Part shown: positions 1 through 11,536 of the stretch, in pieces
Layout: the number at the start of each line of letters is the position of its first letter
Position numbering within the stretch: the first letter of the stretch is position 1
Source of the DNA: Trypanosoma brucei
Lineage: Eukaryota
Assembly (NCBI GenBank): GCA_000002445.1
Contig: CH464491.1
Span: forward strand, 1,536,001-1,600,000
Direction of reading: 5' to 3'
Length of the DNA stretch: 64,000 bases
Notes under the pieces: generated by a model
The model's database searches: none
Told to the model about the DNA's origin: nothing
The model's input: only the letters and a program-made list of their open reading frames with translations
Made by a program: the position numbers and the translations under genes

Positions 1-13
1 ATATCCTGATTAC

Positions 14-2074
14 GTGTTGGGGAGTGAATTTAACAATAACATTGAAACAGCACGATGTATGTGCGATAATTGCGTCCCCGAGGATGACCTCCAACGCATG
101 CAGTTGGAGGTAATGCACAAATATGGTGATCCATGTGACTGGGGTGTGGAAACAGTTATAGACGCTCTGCTAGATGTGGAACCGGGTGTGAAGCGCGAAA
201 CCATAGATGCATTGCGACAGATGAATGTTCATGGACGTACGCTACTCAATATGAACACAAAATCTCTGGAAGAGAAGGTTTTGCTTCAACGCTTCATCAG
301 GTTGGTGGACAAACTATTTCGTTCAGCATCCAGCTCCCCTCCCCAGCATGTTAGGGACGACGAGATGAGTGAATTATGGTTGCTCCACCAACACGGTGAT
401 GCTTTAGAAAAGTCAAATATATTCGCTTCTTGCAAATTTGTATCTTGTCCGGACGCTACGCAACGGGTGCTGCAACCCTTCTTTCGTGATTTGTTGGCAC
501 CGGATATTATTGCGGCGACACTGAGAACTTTAATATCGAAGATGGCCGATCCTGACTCCGGCGTCCCGCGCAGTGATCGAATTCGCTACCGTGAGGGAAG
601 TGGCTGCCAATACGTTCCTCCTGTTGTAGTAGCACAGCAATGCTTTAGTTCTAATGAACTGCATGAATGGTTGCTCACCGAATCACCGCGCTTGGGCCTC
701 ACATTACATGAGCATGTCGAGTCGCACGAAAGGGCACAAGCGTGTTGGCAATTTGTCCTCTGGTTAGTGCATGCAAAAATTGTCGTTCCAATATCTATTG
801 AACTAATCTCCGGTGTTTTAGTGCCCCCTGTTGTTACAAGGGCTGATGTGACATCATCTACAAGGCTGTTTACATTGAGTACAATACAGGAACTCCACGT
901 GCTCAACGAAAGTGAGCGTCACCCGTGTGGTGACGTGGATGTGCTGAGGGTTAAAATAAACCCAATCAAATCAACCCCTTTGCTTCTCACCGGAGCTTCT
1001 GCTCTCGCATGTGCCGAAACTCTGGTTGCTGTGGCGTTGGATACATTGCTTTACATGCAGGATATGTCTTCACCTACTGTACCCCCAGATGTGTCCCACA
1101 ACCCCACTGCTTGGAAGTTGTTGGAGACGGTATCCACTTCCAGTGCTCACCTTGCAGCAGTTAACATCAGAGGGCTTGAGCGCCGGGAGCTGTTCTGCTT
1201 TTGGGCGAACGTTTTCAATGCCTTGTACATTCATGCATGGATGTCAACACTAGGCAAACGGGCACAGGATTTTACATGCTTCTACAATACAAATGGTTAT
1301 AACGTTGGCGGTTGCTTCTTTTCGTTGAGTGACATCAAAGATGGCATATTAAGGGGAAACAAACCCGCCTACTACGCTGTTCTACCTCCGTTCAGCAAGT
1401 CTGACCCGCGATTGTTTATGGTTATCCCCCCAGATCCGAGTGACATTGAAGTGGAACTGCAAATGAAATCCAGAAATTGTTTTGATGATAAGCATATCAC
1501 CACCTCAAGTCGCCGTGATCTTCATACACGTATTTTGCTTGCTTTAATTGACGCCTACCTGGTGCCGGAGAATTTTGAAGACATGCCGTCGTACAACCCG
1601 CGAACGCTCCTCTTTGCAAGTTCCCCCACTGTTGCGTCACGCAGTGCAGAGGGAAGTAACAGCAGTTTCCTGGAGGATGACTTGGAAATTGACGAATCTT
1701 ATCGATCGCGTACTACTGTGGGGTTGTGGCACGCGAATAGTATTCCTGTCGTTGCTGCGACCTGGTTGTCGTCATGGTTCAACCAGCGCCACACGAATAA
1801 AAGCTCCACTCTTGCCAATCCATGTGTTCCACTTACTCCAGAACACCTATTGCAGCAAATACATGCCGCGGAGAGTTTTGTGTTGCGTTCACTCAGTCGC
1901 GCTCCACAGCCCACTGTTCCACTTCATGGCGTGCATGTCCCTCGAGCTTTGCTGCCGCTGTTTGTCAATATGGACAACGCTAGTATTGATGAGTTCATGC
2001 AATTACTGTCCGTTTCGCCACGGTCAGAAACATCACTTCGATGTGATATGTGGATTTCTAACCCACCTGCGTAA
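14..2074 (+). CDS. DUF547 domain protein (conserved hypothetical). No in-frame stop lies between position 2 and 14, so the 5' end may extend beyond the window; the first in-window ATG is at 59.
   Basis: Long + strand ORF. Motif LFCFWANVFNALYIHAWM...YNVGGCFFSLSDIKDGILRGN matches the DUF547 core (FW-N-YN-L, VGG, ILRgN). Frame is open to the window start. Confidence 0.6.
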   Translation: MLGSEFNNNIETARCMCDNCVPEDDLQRMQLEVMHKYGDPCDWGVETVIDALLDVEPGVKRETIDALRQMNVHGRTLLNMNTKSLEEKVLLQRFIRLVDKLFRSASSSPPQHVRDDEMSELWLLHQHGDALEKSNIFASCKFVSCPDATQRVLQPFFRDLLAPDIIAATLRTLISKMADPDSGVPRSDRIRYREGSGCQYVPPVVVAQQCFSSNELHEWLLTESPRLGLTLHEHVESHERAQACWQFVLWLVHAKIVVPISIELISGVLVPPVVTRADVTSSTRLFTLSTIQELHVLNESERHPCGDVDVLRVKINPIKSTPLLLTGASALACAETLVAVALDTLLYMQDMSSPTVPPDVSHNPTAWKLLETVSTSSAHLAAVNIRGLERRELFCFWANVFNALYIHAWMSTLGKRAQDFTCFYNTNGYNVGGCFFSLSDIKDGILRGNKPAYYAVLPPFSKSDPRLFMVIPPDPSDIEVELQMKSRNCFDDKHITTSSRRDLHTRILLALIDAYLVPENFEDMPSYNPRTLLFASSPTVASRSAEGSNSSFLEDDLEIDESYRSRTTVGLWHANSIPVVAATWLSSWFNQRHTNKSSTLANPCVPLTPEHLLQQIHAAESFVLRSLSRAPQPTVPLHGVHVPRALLPLFVNMDNASIDEFMQLLSVSPRSETSLRCDMWISNPPA

Positions 2075-2349
2075 CTGGTGCAGTACATTCGTATGGAAAT
2101 GAATGACTTCCGTGCTGCCTTGCTGTCAAGCGTGAAGAGGGAGAAAATGCCTTGCATTTCCCCATTGCACGGGATTCCTCGGAACGAATGTGCACGAAAC
2201 TGATGTGTAGAAATAGGAGGCACACCGTTACTTCTGTTCTCACTGCATTTTATTACCATGCATTCATTTGTCTTTCAACTATTCTGCAAACTTTCTCCTG
2301 TATACTTTATTGATGTGCCTTTATTATTGTGGATTTTCTGCTATACGCT

Positions 2350-2409
2350 CTGTTCCCTCTCCCTTTAGCTTAATACATCCCTTTGTCAAATTTACCCACA
2401 TTTTTTTTT
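2350..2409 (+). promoter_or_regulatory. Polypyrimidine tract upstream of the gene at 2508 (candidate splice acceptor and upstream polyadenylation coupling region).
   Basis: Reading tgttccctctccctttagcttaatacatccctttgtcaaatttacccacattttttttt. Confidence 0.45.
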
Positions 2410-2507
2410 AAAAAATTGCGTTGTTGTGCTTGTTTCTACATTTCGTGATGATGGAAAAAGTTGAAAGGGGTAAGTGAGGTGACGTACCCTTGATATAGAA
2501 AATCGGG

Positions 2508-4946
2508 ATGCTTCGCTGCACTGTTGTGGGACACCACAGGAGTGGCAAGGCCCGCGCATTTGTGTTTCGCGACCCATCACTTCGAATGATGCGGGCGGGA
2601 AGCGGTTATCAACAGCTGCGGCGCATGGGCATGCCGATGCAGGTAGGAATGGGGTGGCGGAAGGTTGACAGCTTCCACGCCAATACACAGTATCAACATG
2701 CCTGGCCCCTGCTTTCTCACGATGATTTGGGTAACAGCGACCAGTCAAATAATACAAAAAACATTATGTACTCTATGTACATGCCAAAACGTAATAAGGG
2801 CACAGCTCCGTGGTTTCGCGGGGCGGATACATACAGTGTGAAGTATTGTGAGCAAGGTCGTTATGAGTACCAACGCTACCTAATGATTAACAGATTTCCA
2901 AGTGAGTACAAGAAACACTTTTTGTCGTTTCTTTCCAATATTCGTATGTCCTCGGGATCGGCAACGATTCCTCAGGAAGCTCTTCATTGGCTTCTGCGAA
3001 TGATCGTAGATAACTTTAACCCGCAGCATGTGCACTATATAGCGGCTATGAAAACTCTTCAGAGTGCTGGTGAACTGGATATGGCGAGGGATGTTTGGAA
3101 GATTATGGAACGGCAGCAAACGTGGCCCTGTACGGCAACTATCTGCGCCTATCTTGATGTATGCGTAGAAGCAGGCGAAAAAACGTGGGCAATGGAGGCG
3201 TGGAATCGATACTGCACGGAATTGAAGTTTCTGGAGCCCGGCGAGGTGGACCCAAAGCCCATTTCTCGCGTGCCATTTTCCCTCACCCGAGAAGAACTAT
3301 TGTACCTTCCGAAATGGAAGAAACATTTTGACCATGACCCCAATCTCGACGTCATGGACCTCAACCGCTTCAACCGCACTCGTGAGGTTTACCTACGCAT
3401 GGCACAAGTGATGCTGGCAGGTGGTGAGCGGAATGCTTTTCAACATTTCTTTACAAAATTGGAGGAGGCAATGCTAAATAAACCTACACCAGTGCCGGAG
3501 CCACCTAATCCGCATCTTGTACGCCGACCGCGTTGGGCACCCTACGAACATTGCAAGTCAGTGCATCACTCACCGTGGCGCCTCCAGAACAATGGTCGTG
3601 CATTGGCGCTTGGTCCTTCCGTCACAATCGAAGATGAAATGCAAAGTCGGTTCTTTTCTAACGATCAATTCTTGGTACATTCAGTGAAGGAAGTCTTGCG
3701 TATTGTGTTGCAAGAGCACAAACGGGCTCATCCGACCGAATGCACCCGTTGTAAAACTGAAGCGTTCTTTTACAAGACGAAGGATGCCGATGAAACACTT
3801 AAATTCTGCGACGATTTGATTGAACGTCTGTTCGCTTCCTTGGGAGTGAGACTATCCAATTTGAATACGTCCTCACTTCTTTCCACAATTCTCGAAGTAT
3901 TTCGAGTTGTCGGTAAGGAGTCGGGTGCTGCGCTGCTGCAGCGCGCGAATGAGTTTCTTGAACGCAAGGCATCTTTGGGCGATGCAGAAGGGTCAAGAGA
4001 GAACCTTACAGCATCCAACTACTTACAAGTTCTTTCAGGTTTTGCGGATGAAAGTGCTTTTGTGTACAACACAAAGAAGGATGGAACATGTCAGTACAAA
4101 ACTGGCTTCGATCCACGAACCACGATGCGCCATTTGGCCGATGTGGTTCAAGAAATAGCTGGCAACCCACACGTTACTTGGGCTGCTGATATGCACCTCC
4201 AGGTGGTTGAAACCATGGTGGGTTGTGGTACCATGAAGGCTAATGATTATTTTGTACGAAATGTACTCCGACAGTTTTCCTGGGATAGCCGATTCCTGGA
4301 AGTTTTGTACGTGGAGTACCGCCGCCAAGATGATGTTGACATGTGGGCGGAGCTTACAAAGCGCGCACTAGTATGGACAGCGCGTTACAACGCACCTGCC
4401 TCGGAGCGCCTTCGTCGCCTTATAGAGGATGACTATGATACTATTCGGGTGCAAACCCGCACATTCCGGGAACTTGCAGTCTTTCAATTCCGTGACGTTG
4501 AAGAGCGCCGTCACTCGCGGGATGTGGTGAATGAACTGCCCAACCCATGGTATGACTACGTTGCGCATGCTTTGCCATTCCCTGACAGGGATGCGGGCTA
4601 TCCGGATGAGTACGGTGACCTTGGCCAGTGGCGAGCACCTGGAGGTCCGGGCTCCCCCGTGCGTGGTCCCGGTTACTACGCACCCCCAATGGAAGGGGAA
4701 CACCAACGAGGTTACACCGCGGAGTGGCGCGATCTCCGCAATCCGATGCGTCCACCGGAGTTTCCCACACCGTGGGAAAGAAAATACCGTCAGTACGCAC
4801 GAGGCCAGCATCCGTCGTACGATATGGTATACGCTGGGCCCATGCCTGAGATATTCCCAATGCGCCGTGACTTCAGGAAGCCCACACGGTGGGATTTCCA
4901 CGACATCGAGAAGCAAGGGAAGTACAGGACGAGTGGCCCCTATTAA
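2508..4946 (+). CDS. Conserved hypothetical protein with PPR-like helical repeats, probably mitochondrial, and a Gly/Pro/Tyr/Arg-rich C-terminal tail.
   Basis: ATG at 2508 follows a polypyrimidine tract at 2350-2409. The N-terminus is Arg-rich and presequence-like (MLRCTVVGHHRSGKARAF..MMRAGSGYQQLRRM). Helical repeats such as YIAAMKTLQSAGELDMARDVWKIMERQQTWPCTATICAYLDVCVEAGEKTWAMEAW resemble pentatricopeptide repeats. Confidence 0.45.
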   Translation: MLRCTVVGHHRSGKARAFVFRDPSLRMMRAGSGYQQLRRMGMPMQVGMGWRKVDSFHANTQYQHAWPLLSHDDLGNSDQSNNTKNIMYSMYMPKRNKGTAPWFRGADTYSVKYCEQGRYEYQRYLMINRFPSEYKKHFLSFLSNIRMSSGSATIPQEALHWLLRMIVDNFNPQHVHYIAAMKTLQSAGELDMARDVWKIMERQQTWPCTATICAYLDVCVEAGEKTWAMEAWNRYCTELKFLEPGEVDPKPISRVPFSLTREELLYLPKWKKHFDHDPNLDVMDLNRFNRTREVYLRMAQVMLAGGERNAFQHFFTKLEEAMLNKPTPVPEPPNPHLVRRPRWAPYEHCKSVHHSPWRLQNNGRALALGPSVTIEDEMQSRFFSNDQFLVHSVKEVLRIVLQEHKRAHPTECTRCKTEAFFYKTKDADETLKFCDDLIERLFASLGVRLSNLNTSSLLSTILEVFRVVGKESGAALLQRANEFLERKASLGDAEGSRENLTASNYLQVLSGFADESAFVYNTKKDGTCQYKTGFDPRTTMRHLADVVQEIAGNPHVTWAADMHLQVVETMVGCGTMKANDYFVRNVLRQFSWDSRFLEVLYVEYRRQDDVDMWAELTKRALVWTARYNAPASERLRRLIEDDYDTIRVQTRTFRELAVFQFRDVEERRHSRDVVNELPNPWYDYVAHALPFPDRDAGYPDEYGDLGQWRAPGGPGSPVRGPGYYAPPMEGEHQRGYTAEWRDLRNPMRPPEFPTPWERKYRQYARGQHPSYDMVYAGPMPEIFPMRRDFRKPTRWDFHDIEKQGKYRTSGPY

Positions 4947-5445
4947 CGTCTTAAACAGTGCTAGTAGCGGTGAAGGTATTGTTGTGTAGAATTGGGAAGC
5001 AGGGGGACGATAGCGGTGTCACACCGCTTGCCGTGTTGGTTGTGTGTATGAATCTGGACATAAGTGAACTCCTAACGCAGAAACACCTGTTATTTGTTGA
5101 CATTACCGTGAGTGTGGCTTTGGGTTTGTCAGCGCACTGCTGAAAAAGGGGTGTCGACAGCTTGCGAGTATGTGTAATCAGCCTTAACCGACTGTGATGG
5201 CGGGACCCCTTGCGGTGTGCGAAGAGAGTTGATATTAGCAGAAACGAAGCACAGGTTATGGTGCGACTGTGTGGTTGGTTACTTACTCTTGGGCTCGCCT
5301 CCTTCGTTGGAGGAAGCGTGACGCTATCGACTCTGTTTTTAACGTTTTTTTTTAAGCGTCGTCTGACATATTGGCCGCTCCCACTCATTTAGTGGCCATG
5401 CGTGTTGGTGCTCGCAGCTATGGATTCCCTTTCAGCTTGTTTAGC

Positions 5446-5490
5446 GTTTTTTATTTCTTTTCATACTTCTCTTTTTCTTTTACCCAGCAG
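5446..5490 (+). promoter_or_regulatory. Polypyrimidine tract plus AG, a candidate spliced-leader trans-splice acceptor for the p28 dynein light chain gene.
   Basis: Reading gttttttatttcttttcatacttctctttttcttttacccagcag lies ~135 nt upstream of the ATG at 5626. This is the typical kinetoplastid architecture of a polyY tract followed by the first downstream AG. Confidence 0.5.
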
Positions 5491-5625
5491 TCCCAGTTTG
5501 TCAGATTCCACCCAGCGTGAAGCTACGTTAGCGGTGTAGGACATCATCAGAATAATAGAAAGTTTAAATTAAGAAAGGACAACTCCTACCTGTGAGAAAG
5601 AGAGTGGTAGAGGAAGTAGCCTTCA

Positions 5626-6333
5626 ATGCCCACACGACCCCTGTTAGTTAAGTATGAGACGCCGGTACTGCTTTCCGAGGTGAAGCACAAGAAGGCTCTG
5701 AAAGAGAAGAAGCGTGTGGCTGTCGGGGCGCAAAGTGGTCCGCAGGCTGAAGATGTTCTGTACAGCATCATCCCTCCGCGTGAGTTTGAGGAGAATGGCC
5801 AACAATGGGTACAATATGTCTCTAGTATACCTGCCACGCGAATGGACGTTATCAACCTTCAGGAGCGTCTTGATTCTCTGCTGCTAGAGCGCAATGCTCG
5901 AGAAACTGGGATTTGTCCGGTCCGTGAGGAGCTCTACTCGCAGGTTTTTGACGAGCTAATTCGTCAGGTTACGGTGAACTGCGCTGAGCGTGGGCTCCTG
6001 CTGTTGCGTGTGCGCGATGAACTTCGTATGACACTTGATGCGTACCGGTCATTATACGAAAGCAGTGCGGCATACGGGATGCGTAAGGCTCTTCAGGCTG
6101 AACAAAGCAAGATTGAAATGGAGTCTAAAATCCAGGCACTGGAGCGCGAAAAGGAGGAGCTTAAACAACAAGTGGAGGAGTTAGAATACCGCTGTGAATC
6201 AATCATTCAACAAGAGAAGGAAAAGTTTGCTGAGGCAGAGAGAAAACACAACGAGGAGGTGGCGTTCTTCCGACGCACTTACCAAACTCTCACAACGAAC
6301 TTGCAGACATTATGTAATGCTACCAAAGCTTGA
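5626..6333 (+). CDS. Axonemal inner-arm dynein light chain p28 (DNALI1/IDA4 family).
   Basis: Near-collinear match to the p28 family: ...IIPPREFEENGQQWVQYVSSIPATRMDVINLQERLD...ARETGICPVREELYSQVFDELIRQVTVNCAERGLLLLRVRDELRMT...YESS...GMRKALQAEQ, followed by a C-terminal coiled coil. Confidence 0.9.
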   Translation: MPTRPLLVKYETPVLLSEVKHKKALKEKKRVAVGAQSGPQAEDVLYSIIPPREFEENGQQWVQYVSSIPATRMDVINLQERLDSLLLERNARETGICPVREELYSQVFDELIRQVTVNCAERGLLLLRVRDELRMTLDAYRSLYESSAAYGMRKALQAEQSKIEMESKIQALEREKEELKQQVEELEYRCESIIQQEKEKFAEAERKHNEEVAFFRRTYQTLTTNLQTLCNATKA

Positions 6334-6953
6334 GAATAGAACAAACTGCTCAAGAAGTGAAGCATCATATGGTTGTTGGGTTGGTATGTCTTCTGTTTGT
6401 GGCAGATATTGGTGTATCTGGCTTTTCCACCGTTGAGTTTGATATTGTAATGTTACTTAACCCTTTCTCATGGTTTCTCCCTGCATCGTCGATCATCTGA
6501 AGGTTGCGTCTGTGACGATGCACTTTGGTTGTCAACTACACTGTTCCTTTTCCACATTCTTTGGGAGATGAGAAACCAGAAGCGACAATTGCGGAAGGGG
6601 AGTTAAGGAGAATGTTGGTGGAAACATTGTGAAAAAAGCACTGTGTGTGAGAGAGAGGGCAAATGAATAGAATACTTGTGACTTTTTGTGTATGTTTGTG
6701 TATATGCGAAGGGAAGCAAGACAGAGAAAAGGAGCGTGCTCGATGTAAAAAAAAAAAGAAACTGCGTTCTGACTCACTCGGCGCCGTGCCGGTAGAGGGG
6801 TACGTGCGTGAAGGCTAGAACATGTTTGAGATGCCTACAAAACACAAACGCACATTCTGAGATTCATTATCTTCAACTGTGTCTCATCGCCTCATGGGCT
6901 TCTTGAGAACATTGCCCCAAATCTTGGGGCTGCAGCAACTTACTGGGGACGCT

Positions 6954-6992
6954 GCTATCCTTTCTTCTTCATATTTCTCGTTTACCTACGTT
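6954..6992 (+). promoter_or_regulatory. Polypyrimidine tract, a candidate trans-splice acceptor region for TIM.
   Basis: Reading gctatcctttcttcttcatatttctcgtttacctacgtttag lies ~100 nt upstream of the TIM ATG. Confidence 0.5.
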
Positions 6993-7016
6993 TAGAGTCT
7001 CTGAGATCATTACTAG

Positions 7017-7844
<828 letters not shown>

Positions 7845-8531
7845 TTTTCCTTCATGTGTCAATGAGGTTTGGTGCTTTTGCCGTTGAGTGGGTGAAGATA
7901 GCAGTATATATATATGCGCAAGTGAATATAAAAAAGATGTAAAGACAGGTAGCAGGGAGAAAGCCTCGCATAACATTATAAAAGGGAGTGTAACTGGAGT
8001 GGGAAAACAAAGGAAAGGGGGATTCGTGTATTGAGCATATGAGAAAAAAAAGAAATTATGCTGTATGTTTTTACCTATTATTTATGCGGAAGGTGAATGA
8101 CAAAACAAAAACCAAAAGGATATCATCATATGCTTTTGTTTCATCCAAATGGTTGTCTCTTCCGTACCTCAGGGTCGCTACTTCGTTGACTGTGGTTTTA
8201 GCGAGGAGAGGGAACAATAGGGGGTGTTGTATACATTTACACGTACGTATCTTCCTTTACTCTCTCTTGCCTTCATTATATTCCCCCTTTTTCTGGGAGA
8301 GGAAAAGAGAGTGTAGAATGAGGGGAGTACGTGTACGGAATTTTAACGATTACCCCATTTTTTTTCTTTGAACTATTATTTTTAGAATTCTAACGGTGTT
8401 TCTTCTATTTCCTCTTCCCTGGCACGGTCCCCTTTTGTGGACCAACGGACACTTCCGCCTCACTCTCGGGAAGCGTACTGCGCCCTCTTCCTCTACTTAC
8501 CATAGCGGTTTGTCGGTACTGTTTTCCCTTT

Positions 8532-8557
8532 AAAAAAAAAAAAATCACTTTTTTTTT
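8532..8557. repeat. Perfect A13-TCAC-T9 inverted homopolymer (potential A:T hairpin) in the TIM downstream intergenic region.
   Basis: Direct reading: aaaaaaaaaaaaatcacttttttttt. Confidence 0.8.
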
Positions 8558-8814
8558 GAATCGATGCTATGTAGGTTTTTTTTTTGTCACAGCGGAAGGT
8601 TGAGTAGCAAATATTACTTCCTCTTTGAAACTTACGTTAGGGGTGTTTCATTTTATCCTTTTTTTTTTTTGACCTGGTGCGTCCAGGAGACGTCTAGTTA
8701 TTGAGTGGTCGTCGCACCTCACGACAACGTTGTTGAAGTGACAGCTGGCATAAGCTCCCGAACAGCACCATCAATATACGTGCATTGCAGGTGGAATACA
8801 TCAGTTTGGAAAAA

Positions 8815-9603
8815 ATGAAGCGACTATTCCCTTCTGCAGGAGTGAGTGTTGTATTAACATCGTCTTCTATCGTGATGTCATGTCCTTGCAATCACATATT
8901 CATTTCGCGTCGTGCTTACTACTGGCCCTATAATGAGGATTTTGTACCCGAAGGTGCTGAAACAAGTAGGTTTCAGTCGAGTGGCTCCCCTGGCACGCGG
9001 CGCCGCGTACTTCAGGAGTATGCACTGAGTCCTCTCTTTGGTGCGCGTGTGCCTTGTTGTGTTGTGGGGACGCTGCGCACCGCAAAAGAAATAATCGTTC
9101 TTAAGCGAGACATTCAGTCACTTCTGTGCGAGCTTATGGAGTTACCGCAGGGAAGTGTTACTTTGGGTCCATTGCAGCAGATGAGGGAAATGATGCTGTA
9201 CAGGCACGGAACTTCACTCAGTCCACGATTAGGCGATGAGCGTCAACTGAACATGGACGCGTACGCTAGAAGGCCCATAGCGGCGCGCACTATGATGGAC
9301 GTGTTTCTTGCAGAGGATATGTCATTGGATGAAATTGTGAATTTTGGTCGCCTGTCATTGGGAAAGTTACAAATAGCCCTCAACAACTTGAGGAAGGAAA
9401 GTGCTGAAAAGAGTAGCGCAGATTGTGAGGACGGTAGTGCCGTTGAACCAGCCCAGTTGCTGGTGGATCGCATGGGAATATCATACTGTGAGATTCCTTC
9501 TTTAGATGAGAGTGACTACGTGTTTGAAGAAGTAGGTGGCGTTGCGGTGACTGATGAGGAGGCTGAACGGGTTGCTCAACGGTGGGCGGAACGTTGTGAG
9601 TAA
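8815..9603 (+). CDS. Hypothetical protein. The track ORF starts at a TTG at 8785; the first ATG is at 8815.
   Basis: Long + strand ORF in a same-strand gene array, with a codon-usage-consistent reading frame. No motif recognised. Confidence 0.45.
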   Translation: MKRLFPSAGVSVVLTSSSIVMSCPCNHIFISRRAYYWPYNEDFVPEGAETSRFQSSGSPGTRRRVLQEYALSPLFGARVPCCVVGTLRTAKEIIVLKRDIQSLLCELMELPQGSVTLGPLQQMREMMLYRHGTSLSPRLGDERQLNMDAYARRPIAARTMMDVFLAEDMSLDEIVNFGRLSLGKLQIALNNLRKESAEKSSADCEDGSAVEPAQLLVDRMGISYCEIPSLDESDYVFEEVGGVAVTDEEAERVAQRWAERCE

Positions 9604-10022
9604 ATTTGGAAGGTATGCATACCGTTGTTATTTCCGCGTCATGACGGAGAATCGTATTTCTTAGTTTTTTTTTCACCTATTCGATGAGGTGCATTGTTTT
9701 GCTGCCATGTGCTTGCGCTCCTTTTTTTTCTCTGCAGCAAGGGAAGATGCTCGTGAAAAGTTTGCGCTGTGCTTGATTTCTCCTGAACGAAACATATTGT
9801 TGCTTTACTCTGCATGAAAAAGTTTGAAAACTCTGGTTTTCTTTTTTTAAAATAGGTTTATTAAAATTATATAATAAAGCGGTGATAAGTGATATAGGCT
9901 AATAGGAACGTGCGTGCGGGAAGAAGAGGAAATCATAATTACTACAGTAAACGGAGAGTCAAACAACTTCGCTGCGACGAAATTCAGAAGAGGCAACCAC
10001 GGATAAGTGAGAGGAGATTACA

Positions 10023-10700
10023 ATGTTGCAGTGTCTCACATATGCGCGAACATTTTACCCGTGCCACCTATTACTTTTAACCATATTGGTAGCGCAGGGT
10101 GCGAAGGGGTTTCGCTTCACAGTGAACCCTGGTCGGAAGTGTTTTACAGAAGAAGTCCCTGAAGCTGGGCGGTATTACCTCCAGTACAAAATGACGCGCA
10201 GCCTCACCCCATTTGTTGCCGTTGCCGTTACGACATCTGGTGGTGCATCGCTCGTGGTCCATAATGTGGCGAAAACGGACGCAAGAGAGATATTTGAGCT
10301 AAACCAAGACAGAAAGATAGCGATTTGTTTTAAGGTGTCACCAAAGGCTGTGCACTCTGCCACCTCAATGAACATTACGCTAGAGTTGATGGATGCAGAA
10401 GAAGCTGAGCTAACGCGGCAGAAAAGGCAAAGTTATAGTACCACAAATCCCACCGCGCTCGGCATTGGAAAAGCAAGTGGCGCGTTGCGGCAAATGCACT
10501 ACATTAGAGACACCACGACGCGCATTCGGTTTGATTTTCTGAGTCTTCTTGCAGTGGATGAAGACGTACGTTATTCCCTTAATGAAATGAATGCTGTGGC
10601 GTGGAATTATGTCTATGTCTTTGCTTTTGTATCATCAATCATATGCTGTGCTACGTACCTGCGCCTCCGCCACTTTTTCACGACCAAAAAGTACATTTGA
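10023..10700 (+). CDS. p24/emp24/gp25L family cargo receptor with a GOLD domain.
   Basis: Hydrophobic N-terminal signal, a beta-rich lumenal domain, a coiled-coil segment, a single C-terminal TM (VYVFAFVSSIICCATYL) and the short cytosolic tail LRLRHFFTTKKYI, which carries the FF and KK-x-x signals characteristic of p24 proteins. Confidence 0.75.
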   Translation: MLQCLTYARTFYPCHLLLLTILVAQGAKGFRFTVNPGRKCFTEEVPEAGRYYLQYKMTRSLTPFVAVAVTTSGGASLVVHNVAKTDAREIFELNQDRKIAICFKVSPKAVHSATSMNITLELMDAEEAELTRQKRQSYSTTNPTALGIGKASGALRQMHYIRDTTTRIRFDFLSLLAVDEDVRYSLNEMNAVAWNYVYVFAFVSSIICCATYLRLRHFFTTKKYI

Positions 10701-11451
10701 CAAATCCGCTCATGGCAGTTTTTTGATCATTTTAAAATTTCGTGTCACTTTTTTCGCGTTATATATACATATATATACTTAAAATTTTTTCTGTTTACAC
10801 GTATGTGTGCTTTTTTGTACCGGACTGCTGCACGAGACCTCACATTATCGCTTAAAAATGTAGTGGCAGGTGGAAAAAGTATCGAAATGGACGCGTGGAC
10901 GTGACGAAACCGGTAGTGCGTGTGTGCGGACACGGACTTTACATGCCTATATACAGTCATTATATTGACTTGTATATTATCGTTTACTTTTGATATTTTA
11001 TTTTGTTCTGACGATGCCCATTGCTTGCGTTCTTTTGGCGTAAGTTTTAACTGTTTTGCTTGGCCCTTTTATCGTTTTTTTAACCTTTCACTTCATTCTT
11101 TTTCCTTTTAGCGGTGAACAAATCTCGCTAAGCATTCCTGGTGGCTCTTTCAGTTACCGCAGGTGCTTGTATATTTATATACACATATTTTTTTTAAACC
11201 TATACTTGGTATTAAAAAAAAAAAAACAGTCTTTCGATGCAGGATTGGGAGTGGACGAAGCTGTTGCCTTGGTAAATGACCTCTGGTGAGACGATAGAGC
11301 AAAACTTCTGTCGACATCTTTCCTTCCTCCTGCTCTGCATAAACATGCTTATGTTTTTGTGTGTCTTATGCGTGGTGTGGCGTGATTTAGAAGGATATTC
11401 TTTTGTTCTACTTTTACTATCTTTTTCGCCCGTGTGTGTGTGATATAGTGC

Positions 11452-11486
11452 ATTCCTCTCCCTCCTTCTTACTCTAATTTTTCATG
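11452..11486 (+). promoter_or_regulatory. Polypyrimidine tract upstream of the family A polymerase gene (candidate splice acceptor).
   Basis: Reading cattcctctccctccttcttactctaatttttcatg lies within 90 nt upstream of ATG 11537. Its presence supports 11537, not the upstream GTG, as the start. Confidence 0.45.
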
Positions 11487-11536
11487 TGCTTCTTTTTCTG
11501 CTCCGCGTATATGAATTACTGTACGTAACTACCGCT

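Noticed and set aside
1548-2102. A 184-aa + strand ORF overlapping the 3' end of the first gene in another frame. Similar same-strand alternative-frame ORFs exist at 4531..4989, 7205..7554, 22558..22785, 28220..28780 and 31695..32105.
   Set aside because: These are alternative-frame artefacts inside or overlapping confidently called genes, with no motifs and often non-ATG starts.
8039-8371. A 110-aa ORF in the TIM downstream intergenic region.
   Set aside because: Composition is AT-rich and low-complexity, with a Lys/Phe/Leu-rich translation and no polypyrimidine-AG plus ATG context. It is consistent with 3' UTR or intergenic sequence.
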